From: Azolla caroliniana
Lineage: Eukaryota; Plantae; Polypodiophyta
Length of the DNA stretch: 64,000 nucleotides
Assembly: GCA_043228905.1 (NCBI GenBank)
Contig: JBHGNT010000006.1
Coordinates: forward strand, 16,740,001 to 16,804,000
Direction of reading: 5' to 3'
Each line of letters starts with the position of its first letter. Position 1 is the first letter of the stretch. This document shows positions 1 through 12,326 of the stretch, piece by piece. The notes below the pieces were generated by a model. That model searched no databases. It was not told where the DNA came from and saw only the letters and a program-made list of their open reading frames with translations. A program made the position numbers and the translations under genes.

Positions 1-52
1 TTACAGTAATCAATGCCCAAGCAAAACAACCGACAAGCAGCCGGCAGTCAAC

Positions 53-3000
53 ATGGTGACAGCCGAAGTACAACAGGTTACCACGCGGTCGAAGGGGAAG
101 GCCGCCGAATGGGAAGCCCAGGAAGCAATCAGAAAACAAGCGGCACAATGGATTAAAGAAGCCAACGAACAAGGTGCGGCGGAAGTAAGAGACCAAAATA
201 TGCCAAAGGATGAGGAAATCGTACAGCCAGGAGAAAACCCGACATGGCAAGCACTACAAGATTGTCAGATCGTGCTGTCGTTGGCACGGTTACTGCAGTT
301 GGTGCCGCGGTTTACAGCAGACTTACAAGCCGCCGTGAGCAAACCGACGCCGACGCCAGCACCGGCATTTTTCTCCAACCCGGAGGAAGGCCCAACGGTG
401 GTCGATACCAGTAGCCCAGCAATCACGACAATCGTCAAAGGAAAGGAGATTCCAGGAACAATTATTGACGGAGGCTCCGGGGTGAACGTCATCAGTGGAC
501 AGACATGCGATGACCTAGGCATCCAGGAGTGGGAACCATGCCCCTTCTGGTTACGCATGGCGGATACAAGCTCAGTCCGACCAACCGGTCTTATCCGGGA
601 CTTGGAAGTAACGATAGGAGGCCACGTATTTCGGATATCGGCCGTGGTACTAGAGCTGAATGTACAAGGCGCATATCCCCTACTGTTAGGACGACCATGG
701 CTGCGAACGGCGCATATCAAGCAAAACTGGCAAAAGAATATGATCACGTTCCGACGAGGGAAAACAAAGGTACGGGTAGCCACGCAACCACGGGTGCTCA
801 CTAGCAAGGAGGCAACCCCTTTATATGCCGAAAGCATCAACATGTTGGAGGGCTTACCGGATGAGGAAGTTGATCGGTACCTCGAGGAACACCCACAGAT
901 CGTCCCACTTTTTGAGGTGGATATCACGGCAGTAGTAGAGCCGTACATCACAATGCCGGACGAGCCGGACAAAGCGGCAATCCGGGAACTACGCCAAGCA
1001 CAGGAAGCCCTAGAAAGAGAAATGACGATATCCCAAAGGGTGAAAGCATCCCAGCTGGAAGAGGTGGACCTCGGCACAACAGAACAACCCCGACCGGTAA
1101 AAGTCGCGAAGGAATTGCCGAAGGAGGAAAAACGGGCAATGGTAGCACTGTTAACGGATTTCAAGGACGTGTTCGCATGGTCATACGAAGACATGCGAGG
1201 GCTGGACCCCCAGCTCTACCAGCACCAAATTCATCTAAGTACTGACGCGAAACCCATCGCTCAACGCCGGTACCGGATGAATCCAAACTATGCGGCAAAG
1301 GTGAAGGAGGAAATTGACAAGCTTCTCCGGGTCGGATTTATCCGACCAGTCAAGCAGGCAACCTGGCTGAGCCCGATAGTGGTGGTCCCGAAAAAGAACG
1401 GCAAAATCCGGGTATGTGTGGACTACAGGAAACTAAATGCCGCGACAGTGACCGACGCTTTTCCACTACCATTCACGGACGGAGTGCTAGATGCGGTGGC
1501 CGGCCACGAAGTTTACAGCTTCCTGGATGGATTCAGCGGCTACAACCAAATCCGAATGAACCCGACCGACCAAGAGAAAACAACGTTCGTGACGGAATGG
1601 GGAGTGTTCGTCGCGGTCATGATGATGTTCGGATTAAAGACAGCCCCTGCAACATTTCAAAGGATAATTATGGAAATCTTCGGGGATTTTATTCCCGGTT
1701 TTATGCAGGTCTTCCTAGACGATTTCGCCGTCTACAACCGACACGGAGAGCATCTCGACCACCTACGACTATGCTTAGAACCCGGCTAAGTGCGTCTTTG
1801 GAGTCGCAAGCGGCAACTTGTTAGGGCACGTGGTGAGTCGGGAAGGAATCGCGGTAGATCCGGATAAAGTAAAGGCAATTCTCGACGCACCGGCACCGAA
1901 TAACGCAAAGGCTTTAAGCCGATTCCTTGGTCAAATAAGGTGGCATAGTCGGATGATACGGCACCTTGCCGACTTTGCTACACCATTGCACGCTACTGTA
2001 CATAGAGTACCTTTCCAATGGACAGAAACGGAGGAGAAAGCCTACCAAGCGTTGAAGGTCATGCTGTCACAAGCTCCGGTGGTGCAGCCGCCGGACTGGA
2101 GTAAAACCTTTCACGTCTTCGTCGACGCGTCGGACGTAGCAATCGGCAGCGTTTTGATGCAACTCACGGAACCGAAATGGTATCGGCCGGTGTACTACGC
2201 AAGTAGGAAACTCTCGAAAGCCGAACGGAACTACTCTACAACGGAACGAGAGGCATTAGGAATGGTGTACAGTGTCACAAAGTACAGGCACTATCTGCTC
2301 GGACGAAAGTTCTCCTTCCACGTTGACCACTCGGCACTACTCTACCTGGTCTCAAAGGCAGCCCTGATAGGAAAACTCGCACGATGGACGCTGCTATTAC
2401 AGGAATTCGAATTCGACATTTTCCACCGACCCGGGGTGCAGCATGCGGTAGCAGACTACCTGAGCAGACTAGAATCCGGAGAATCAGGGGACGGCGTACA
2501 GGACGAATTTCCCGACGCCGAGCTGTTTAGGGTCACGACGGCACCAGCAACGGAGGCCACAGTAGCGGACGAAGACAAATGGTTAACCGAAATGCATCAG
2601 TTCCTGAGCACCGGAGTTCCCCCGGAAAACCTGGACCGAGACGAATGGAAAAGGATGGCAGTACGGAGCAGACATTTCTGCTTGGTAGGAGACACCCTCT
2701 ATCACAAGGGGGCAGATGGCGTATGGAGGCGAGCAGTGCGGAGCGATGAAAAGGATCTGATCTTGAGGGAAGCCCACTGTGGAATTGCAGGCGGGCATTA
2801 TGCCGGCGAAACAACAGCCCGGAAGATATGGCAGAGCGGACTATGGTGGCCGACTACCATGAGAGATGCCGTTAAGTATAGCAGGGAATGCGACCTGTGT
2901 CAACGACTGGGCCAACCCACGGAGCAGGCCCGGATGCCACATCACCCGGTCTTGCCATTAGAACCATTCCAAAAGTGGGGCTTGGACTTTGTCGGTCCCT

Positions 3001-3989
3001 TCAAGCCACCGGCAATGCGGACCGGAAATCGGTATATAATAGTGGCTACCGACTACTGCACGAAATGGGTAGAAGCAAAGGCATTACGGGACAACACGGC
3101 GGCATCCACGGCCAAATTTTTATACGAATGCATATGGTGTCGGTACGGATGCCCGATTGAGCTGATCAGTGACCAGGGAGGACATTTCCTCGGGCAGGTG
3201 GTGGAAAGTTTGACATCATTCTATGCGGTAGTACACAAACGAAGCACTCCCTACTACCTTCAAGCCAACGGATTAGCGGAATCAACGAACAAAACGCTAC
3301 AGAACATCCTTAGAAAAATCGTCAATGAGAACCGGACCGACTGGGACACGAAGTTGCAGAGCGTGCTGTGGGCGTACCGAACGGCGTACAAGACTAGCAT
3401 CCGGACGACCCCGTTCCGACTGGCATTCGGCTTGGAAGCAGTCATGCCAGTAGAATTCCAAATTCCTAGCTTAAGAATACAGGTTAAGGAGCGGTTAAGC
3501 GAGAAGGAATCCGAACAAATCCGGCTGGCGATGCTGTTGGAACTGGAAGAAAATCGAATAGCCAGCCTGCTACAACTAGAACTAGAGCAAAGGAGGAGGA
3601 AAGCCTTCGTAGACCGACACCGGCGGGGTAACGAAAAGGAATTCGAAGTCGGGAAACCAGTATTGCTGTTCCAGACACGGATGGGGAACATGCCGGGGAA
3701 ATTGCGATTTCGATGGACCGAACCATTCTGGATCACAAAGGAGTACAATGGGTCTTACCAGCTCGGGACGTTGTCAGGAGAAGTTGTGGGCAAATGGGCA
3801 AATGGGTTTCGCCTAAAACCGTATAAGGGGCACATGCCAGCTAACCCCTTCAAGCAAGACCCGGACATCCTGAATGGCGAGGAACCGACACAGATCCGGA
3901 GGACCGAGGAGCCGACACCGAGGCGGAACAACGAGGAACCGACAACAGTACGCACCGACCCGAACACATCGGGGGGAACCGAACAATGA
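53..3989 (+). pseudogene. pol: G1 gag-pol (end of gag, protease, RT, RNase H, integrase); frameshifting deletion near 1780
   Basis: PR IDGGSGVN, RT CVDYRKLN and VFLDDF, RH VDASD and TTEREAL, INT HHCC plus WGLDFVGP and QANGLAES; no chromodomain. Relative to G2, the RCRxxRLSLN segment is missing at about 1780. Confidence 0.93.
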
Positions 3990-4529
3990 TGCGGCACATG
4001 GGTGAAAAAAAAGAAAAAAGAAAAAAGAAAAGACGTGGTGCTACGGTTAGAAATTCAAGACAAGAAGAGATCAAAAAAAAAAAAAAAAAAAAAAATCAAG
4101 TCAAGTAATAAAAGCAAATCATAATTAAGAAAAGCAATAAAAGAGAGGATCAAGAAAATCAAGGTAATGATGAAGGAAGTAGTTACAACCGTCACACGGG
4201 TGCACGAGCTATTTAAAGCACAGAACGTGGGGGGCCGATGTACAAGATTTAACACGCGCGGCAATCAAGGAGTCATAATGACAGACACGTAGGAGATTCG
4301 ACACACACGGCAAAGAAGCGCAAGCATGACACGCGGCAGCAAAGGACAGACATGCTATTCATGACAGAGCATGCGCAGGCGCCAAAAATAGGACATGCTA
4401 TTCGAGGCAGAGGACGTGCAGGCGCCAAAATTAAAGAGTGACATGCTAATTATGGCAGAAGATACGCACGCGCGAAAAACAGGAAAAGGCGGCTCGAGGG
4501 AAACGCCACTATATAAAGGAAAAACCGGA

Positions 4530-5123
4530 GATGGGTTCTATAAAATGGACGAAGAAAGTATCGTCAACATCCGGGAAGAACTGTCGGAGGATTTCTATGC
4601 TCTAGCAGAAGAGCATCTCAAGGAAATCCGAGGGTTAGTAGAGAGGTTGGATGACGGGCAGCTTGAAACCCAACTAGAATTGGAAGGGTACGAGAAGGAC
4701 CGACTGCGACAGGAAGCCGAGGGACACACAACGCCGATCTCCATCAGTGAGGGCGAGCGACCGGCTGAAGAGGACCCAACCGACAACGCACCCCGACAAG
4801 AATTACCCGAGGAAGAACTTCCGGAGCAAGAACAGGTTGATGTCGGGGATGATGCAGAGTGGAGACAGGGAAGTACCGAATCCGGGGAGGAAAGGACACA
4901 ACCAGTGGAAACCGGAGAGAGCGATACCGGGAACGGAACGGAGGTAGAGCAGGACAGACCCGGACAGGATACAGAAGAAACACCGGTACCACCGGTACAA
5001 GCAGAGTCGGAGCAGCAAGATGCGAAAAGGCAGCCAATCCAATCGGAAGTCGGAGACGGCACAGGCAAGACAACACTTGAAACCTCTGAGCGGAGTTTGC
5101 TGGATATTTTGGAGGAAGACTGA
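4530..5123 (+). pseudogene. C-terminal remnant of the G-family extra ORF (ORF3)
   Basis: GFYKMDEESI...LLDILEED* matches motifs in G2 (GFYKLNEESI...AILEED*), G3 and G4. Confidence 0.8.
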
Positions 5124-5173
5124 AGCCGGCTGTGGGTTCGAAGTGCAACGCACTTTCCCACGGGCGTGCCATG

Positions 5174-5549
5174 TGTTGGCCGGTCAGAAGAAGGCAAATG
5201 GGAAAGCAAAGATGAATCGGAGTCGAAGCGGATAAATAGATAAATAGAATTATTAGGAGGGACGGATCCGGTAGTTGTAACCGATCCGGATCCGAACCGA
5301 TTCGGTTTCGGTTAACGGTTGCCTAAGAGCACCGATTGTAATCTGGCCGGATGCCTATAAAAGGATCCGATGTTTTGTAATGAAGTTACGAAGAATTAAT
5401 ATAGTCTTGCTTATGCTTATTGATCTTATCTTCGTCTGTGCTTAAGTGTAATTATCATACGCGTGTATTAACATCCTATCCCTACCACCCCTTTGGAGAA
5501 GTGTCGGATAGACACCTGTGTTGCGGCTAGTCCAGCCATACATACAACA
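5174..5549 (+). repeat. 3' LTR of G1
   Basis: TGTTG...CAACA; + strand TATA (CCTATAAAAGG near 5354) followed by a T-rich R/U5-like tract. Confidence 0.8.
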
Positions 5550-7435
5550 AAGGATTCCCTTCACTCATGGGTGTGACTTAGAGGGGAAATGAGTGTGACA
5601 CAGGGGCAAAGGTGGTAAAAGATGTCATGGTGTCATGATGGAGGAGCGCACATGAGGAAATAATTTAGAATTAATATATATAAAGGATTGAAGAATAGGA
5701 CAGAAGAATACATAGAAGGTCATGTAATTCAATGAAAGATATAACTCAATTGTCAAGAGCCAATTGTTTGAACTATTCAAGAGATCAATCATATGTTGAC
5801 GAGATAAACAAGAGTGATGGTCATGGACATCAACATTTTTCTCACAACCTACTTTTATTTGCATGAGGTGCTCCTAAGGCCTATTAAAAGGAGAGGAGAA
5901 CTCATTGCAAGGGGGTTGAATTTTGGATCAAGGCAAAACTCGAGGATATCCCTCCAAAGCTGTACTTGCAAATTCTACATCTCTATTTTAATTATCTATA
6001 TCCCTTCCTAGCCACTCCATGTAACAAGTTGAGACCATCTCTCTTCTACTACACAATTGATGAACTTTAGTGTAATTTGTAATTTTGATTACAATTATTT
6101 ATTGTAAATATTCTATCTCAAACTAATTACAATTGAACGAGGAATGCACTGAATCTTTTAGCTCTAAAGTAGAGCTCAGAGCACAAATTTACATGATTCG
6201 GAGAAAAAATTGCCGAAAAGCCGAGTTCTTGAATCACTAGAAAGATAAACTCACGTCATTCATGAGAATCGTCGCAAGGTTCATGCCGGATTATTTGGGT
6301 CATGAATCTGACCACTAGGTGAGAAATTGGAACATTCTCCTCCTCGTACCTTCTCTGCATCCTCAAACCTTATCCACCTCTTTCAACCTTCTCCACCTCG
6401 GCTTTTCTCTTCCTCCCAATGTTCTCTTTGAGCCTTCTCCACTTCCAACATTCTTGTATATCAGGCAAGAAGGTCTTTTGATCGCATTCAACCTTACCTC
6501 GTTACTAACATGAGTATTAACTCTTGTAGACCCCTAACACCTTCGTACTAGATCACAAAACCTAGGTATTAAATAAAGTAGCATTATGGCATCAAAATCA
6601 ACCAAATATAAACACATGTAAGTATGCAAGGAAGGGCTAGTAGATTATGAGTATCACTTGCATTTTACATGTTCTACACATAGTGCAATTTATTAAAGCC
6701 ATGATGATATAATAAGAAGGGGTGATCACTTGAATACCATAGCCAATTAGTAGGCTGATGTGGAACCCAAGAGGATGGTTCTAGACCAGTCCCATAATGA
6801 ATCCATTGTAGAAAGTTCCATTCTTTCAGTACATCGTGAAATTTGGAAGAACCTTATTCATGTCTAAGAATATTCCAACTCTTGGAGTTCAAAAGCACTG
6901 GAATAAGTGGGGTGTTTCAAGCATTCATTTGAAGGCATATCGGAAATGGATTTGGTCTTTCAAGGGACCAACCAAATATATTCTGTTCAGATGGCTTTTA
7001 CTACATGCATCACTACTAGTAGGTTAGTCAGTGAAAGGAGATATGGCAACCATTCTTAGACAATGTTGTTATTGCGGTGACATGCAAGAAACTACCAAGC
7101 ATGCTCTTTGGTCATGCTCACTAGCCCAATAGGTATGGAATAAAGTTCTTTCTTTATTCTTGACGATTAATGTAGGCTGCCTCTTCTCTTGGGGATCAAC
7201 AATATGGGAAGGTTCTCCATTCCAATATCTTGTTGTATGAAGCAGATGATGCTCTAGAGGCTATGACAGCCATCAACATACATCTAATAGCTATCTCCCC
7301 TTTTCAACAACCTCGCAGGCAAATACGTGCAGCCCATGTATGGAAATTTGTATCTACGGTTACATTATGGATCTTATGGAAGTATCGTTGTAAAAGACGA
7401 TATGATTCCATAATTCCTCTTCTCTCAGATATATT

Positions 7436-9214
7436 TGTCATGGACACACCAAGCGCGGACTAAGACGGAGCACGGATGATGAGGCTACGACGGAGCAATG
7501 ACGGAATGACACAAGAGCATAAAGATAGAGATGAAGATTAAGGGATAATGTCAAGATTCGAACTCTTGACATGACCATGTTATAATTGAGTGTTATGTGT
7601 TAACCACACATCTAGCACATAATCATGTATATACTTCCTCATTGTAGGTTTTAGCTAGCATCATGTGCATAATTTTTCCCTTGTATTATTAACACTTGGC
7701 ACATGCATGCGTACCTACTATCTACATGCTCTATTGTATCACATGCGTGCAACAGGTATGCATGCCACTTAGTATAAATAGTTGAGTTCACCTTGAAGGA
7801 ATTCAAGTTGAACAACGCGAGTCATGGACATATCAATCTAGTATTCCCATTTCGCCCATCCTGTCTCCTTGATCTTCATCTCTATATTTATGCTCTTGTT
7901 CCTCGCATCATCGCTCTGTCATAGCCTCATCATCCGTGCTCCGTCTTAGTCTGCGCTTGGTTGGAACACGAACACCAACAGGCGTGAGCAACCAAGGACA
8001 ACGAGAAATGGAACATGAACAAGTGAGCAACCATGTGGCCCTCACCGAGAACAGGAACACGAACGGGAGTAATCGATCATGTGCGGTCCTCACCGGAAAT
8101 TGGAACATGAACAACAACGGGCATGAGCGACCATGTCTGTCCTCACCGGGATCTGGAACACTAACAATAGTTGGAGTGAGCGGCCATGTGCAGTCCTCAC
8201 CGGAGACTGGAACATGAACAGGAGTGAGCGACCATGCGACCCTCACTGGGAACAGGAATGCGAACGGGAGTGTGCGGCCATGTGCGGCCCTCACCGGGAA
8301 AAGGAACACGAACATGTGTGAGCGACCATGCGGCCCTCACAGGGAACTCGAACACGAACAGGCATGAGCGACCATGCGGTCCTCACCGGGAACTCGAACA
8401 TGAACGTGCGTGAGCGACCATGCGGCCCTCACTGGGAACTCGAACACGAACGGGCGTGAGCGGCCATGCAGCCCTCACTGGGAACTGGAACATGAACACC
8501 AACGGGAATGAACGGCCTTGTGCGGGCCTCACCGGGAACTGGAACACGAACACCAACGGGAGTGAGTGGCCTTGTGCGGCCCTCATCGGGAACTAAAACA
8601 CGAACACCAACGGTAGTAAGCGGCCTTGTGTGGCCCTCACCAGGAACTAGAACACGAACACCAACAAGAAAGAAACTAAAAAATAGAGACAATGACGCGA
8701 TGTTGATGATGGTACGGTGATGATGGTAACTCTAGAAGCAGGGGCGATGACGGAGACGGGTGATGCTTCTAGTTGGAAGGTGAACAAACTGTCACGGACA
8801 CACCAAGCGCAGACTAAGACGAAGCACGGATGATGAGGCTATGACAGAGCGATGACACAAGGAACAAGAACATAAAGATAGAGATGAAGATCAAGGAGAC
8901 AGGATGGGCGAAATGGGAATACTAGATTGATATGTCCATGACTGGCGTTGTTCACCTTGAATTCCTTCAAGGTGAACTCAACTATTTATACTAAGTGGCA
9001 TGCATACCTGTTGCACACATGTGATACAATAGAGCATGTAGGCAGTAGGTACGCATGCATGTGCCAAGTGTAAATAATACAAGGGAGAAATTATGCACAT
9101 GATGCTACCTAAAACCTACAATGAGGAAGTATATACATGATTATATGCTAGATGTGTGGTTAACACATAACACTCGATTATAACATGGTCATGTCAAGAG
9201 TTCGAATCTTGACA
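7436..9214 (-). mobile_element. Non-autonomous Tcn1-like LTR element with a rearranged left LTR and internal minisatellite
   Basis: TGTCA/TGACA ends; TSD ATATT at 7431-7435 and 9215-9219; full LTR 8790-9214; self-priming-type PBS (GTTTGTTCACCTT on minus) complementary to AAGGTGAACAAC downstream of the LTR TATA; no coding domains. Confidence 0.85.
7961..8670. repeat. Minisatellite, about 54-60 bp unit (GGGAACTGGAACACGAAC...GTGAGCGRCCATGTGCGGCCCTCACC), about 12 imperfect copies
   Basis: Visible head-to-tail repetition. Confidence 0.9.
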
Positions 9215-9489
9215 ATATTGTCATAATTATGGGGGAGCTTATTGGTGGTTGTGCAGGGGCAATATGACAAATATGTCAGGCTATTTAGAGGTTGTTCTTA
9301 AGAAAAGGAAAAAATTGCTACAATTATGGAGGAAGTTGCGTCTATTCACAGTCTCCTCTCAAGGACCGATATGGAAATATCATCACCCCTAGTCCTTGCC
9401 TTTACCATTTCTTTTGTATATATACCACTCTCTGATTGTACATTTTGTAGCCCTCTGACGTTTTTCTTAATACTAATGAAGGAAATCTT

Positions 9490-11842
9490 TGTTGGGAATA
9501 TGTCCCTCTCGTGGGAGGAGCCGACTGTCCGGAAGTAGCCGACAATCGAAGACTAGGAGGAGCCGACTGTCTGGAAGTAGCCGACAGTCGAAGATAAGGA
9601 AGAGCCGATTGTTCGGGCTGAGGAGAGCCGACAGTCAAAGAGTTGACAAATAGGGAGTCCACTAATTAACTGTTGACTATTATTAGTATAGTTATAATAA
9701 TAGTAGCGATGTGTAGTAGGGTCTACGCTTGTAAATAGCCCATATGAGGTATTAGTATAAATACGCCTAGGGCAAATGTATTGTGTGGTTGCAGAGTGTG
9801 TGCAGGTTGTAGTGAGCGTGTGAGTAAGAGAAGAATAGAGAGAAGAGAGAGAGAGTGTTGTGCCATAGCTGTGTGTGTAACAATAGACGCAAGAGCCCTA
9901 TGTGGCTTATACACTTGATAGGAGAGTGTTGTAATCGCCTACATTGTATATCCACTGTATAGTGAAGTTCTGTTCTCCCATGGTTTTCTCCCGTTTTAGG
10001 GTTTGCACGTTAAATCTATGTGGACTGTCATCTTGTGTATCTGTGTTGTGTATTTCAACATTTTCGTTCTTGTGAATTAACGATCCGATTCTCAACAAAC
10101 TAGTATCAGAGCTTGAGGTGCAAGCATGGAAGGAGGTGTGAGCGGCTTCCCAAGCATGATAGTTCTAAACTCATAGAACTATGTAGTCTGGAAGATAAAG
10201 ATGGAAGACCTTCTCATAATGAAAGACCTATACGAGCCCGTCAACAGAGCAGATATACCCAGGGGGGTATTGGAGTTGGAATGGAAACTTCTTAACAGAA
10301 AAGCGGTGGCAACCATCCGACAGTGTGTTGATGGAAGTGTCCTTCAACATGTGGCGAATGACACAAATGCCCACGAGATGTGGCAGAAGCTGTCAAGTCT
10401 GTATGAGAGGAAGAATGCGCTCAATAAAACCTCAATGATGAGAAAGATTGTGTGGCTAAAATACAAAGACGGTGAGAGCATCGTTGAACATATCAACGCT
10501 TTCATGGGGTATGTGAATCAACTTGCTGCAACCAAGTTTCCCCTTGATGATGTGATGAAGGCTATATCTACTGATGTGCACACTGCCGGATAGTTGGGAG
10601 AACCTGGTGGTTACTCTCAACACCTCCTGTCTAGAAGAGAACTTGTCTTTACAAGTGGTGAAGACAAGCATCCTGAATGAGGAAGCAAGGAGGAAGGACA
10701 AGGGAGTCCTATCCCAGTCGGAGTCGAACGTGACCCAACATATTGGCAGAGGAAGGAACCAGTGAAGAAGCCCACAATGAAGGGAAAGGTCCCAAGCCAG
10801 ATTGAAGTTCAGAGGTAAGCTCGTGTGCTTTTATTGTGGAAAACCTGGACACTTCCAGAAGGATTGTCGACACATGAGAAAAGACAAGGGTGTCGGAAAC
10901 AATATCGAACCTAGGAAGATTCCTGATGAGAATAACACTTTGGCCATTGCTATGAGCAATGAAGAATTGTTGTTCATTTGCGAATAGACAAATGCAAACC
11001 TTGCAAGAGAAGAATGCACTTGGGTGATCGACTCTGGGGCATCTTTCCACATAACTCTGTCGAGAGAGTATTTCTCGACTTACATAGCCGGGGATCATGG
11101 CTATGTAAAGATGGGTGACAGTGGAGAGTGCAAAATAGCCGGAGTTGGAAGTGTCCACTTGACGACGTCGACACGGTGTTGGCTAACTCTGAAGGATGTT
11201 CAACACATCCCTGATATCAGATTGAATTTGATATCGACAGGAAGGATGGATGACGAAGGCTACAATGGTAGATTTCAGAATGTCAAGTGGAAGTTCTGCT
11301 GAGGAAATCTTATAGTGGCCCGAGCACAGAAAGAAGGCACATTATATATGATACATGTCCGACTGTGCAAATCGGAAGTGAACGTGGCAAGTAACTCAGC
11401 AGGAGAGATATGGCATAAGAGGCTAGGTCACATGAGCAAGAAGGGACTGCATCTGTTAGCCGACCAGAAACTCCTACTACAAGTCAAGGGAGGGCACCTG
11501 GAGAACTGCGTCGACTGCTTAGTTGGTAACCATAATAGAGAAGCATTCCATGCAAGACCACCGAAAAGGAGAGAAGTGCCATTGGAACTAGTACACATGG
11601 ATGTGCGCTATGTAGATGCTCCATCGCATTGAGGTGCACAATACTTTGTGATGTTTATTGATGACTATAGTCGGAAGACATGGGCCTTCGTACTAAAGTC
11701 GAAGGATCAAGTATTGTTGTTCTTCAAGGAGTTCTAGGCAAGAGCTGAACGAGAGTCGGGTCGGAAGTTGAAGGCTGTCTGAACCGACAATGGTGGCGAA
11801 TATAGAGGGTATTCTGAGGAATACTGCAAGGCCGAAGGTATT
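9490..11842 (+). mobile_element. Ty1/Copia element A (5' LTR 9490-10097, PBS, degraded gag-PR-INT), interrupted at 11843
   Basis: TGTTG...CAACA LTR; PBS TAGTATCAGAGC (iMet, TGG>TAG) 10101-10112; gag, CFYCGKPGHFQKDC knuckle, IDSGAS protease, WHKRLGH integrase. Confidence 0.9.
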
Positions 11843-12253
11843 TGTAAAGAATACATGTGCATAAGCGTATGCGAAAGACACGGAAGTACACGGTTCGGAA
11901 GTAAGACAGTTACGTAAAATGTAGAGATCACAGAGAAAGAGAGGGAGAGACAGAGAGAGCAGAAATACCAAACTATATTAGAAAATAGATCTTTGTATGT
12001 TCTCTGTACATATTTTGTGCTCAATGACCACCTTTTATACAAGCCCCGACTATTGGGCTAACACAAGTACTGACAGTACTTGATCGCTCATATATGAGCC
12101 TTCCACACTAACTCCCAAAACTATTTCTTACAAAGAATAATGTTCTAATGGCCTCTCGGTTTAAACACCATAATGACCATATTTTGCGTGCGATTTTACG
12201 CACCCAGTCTACGTACTGGGTTATGCACCCAATGTTGAGCTTGTCTCTCAACA
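11843..12253 (-). repeat. Copy of the 3' LTR of Copia B (411 bp), with PPT at 12254-12262
   Basis: About 96% identical to 21643-22053; PPT GAGGGGGAG on minus strand. Confidence 0.9.
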
Positions 12254-12326
12254 CTCCCCCTCAATGTCAACTTGAGGTTCAATATGCTTTTCCAGATCTT
12301 CGCTTTGGCCTCTCCTGGCTTCACGC

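Larger units (their letters stand above)
1..5549 (+). mobile_element. Ty3/Gypsy non-chromovirus LTR retrotransposon, copy G1 (5' part outside window; pol, internally deleted extra ORF, 3' LTR)
   Basis: PR-RT-RH-INT order in ORFs 53-1789 and 1818-3989; LTR 5174-5549 with TGTTG...CAACA termini. Confidence 0.93.
6836..9330 (+). pseudogene. Degraded L1-type LINE ORF2 C-terminal zinc-binding (zf-RVT-like) region, split by the 7436-9214 insertion
   Basis: IWSFKGPTKYILFRWLLLH, then CCYCGDMQETTKHALWSC and LWILWKYRC motifs. Confidence 0.6.

Noticed and set aside
5623-6314. Possible solo LTR (TGTCA start, TATA-like CTATTAAAAGG at 5881)
   Set aside because: No convincing right terminus or TSD and no second copy in the window
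7961-8670. CRISPR-like array
   Set aside because: Head-to-tail degenerate units without unique spacers, no cas genes, eukaryotic context
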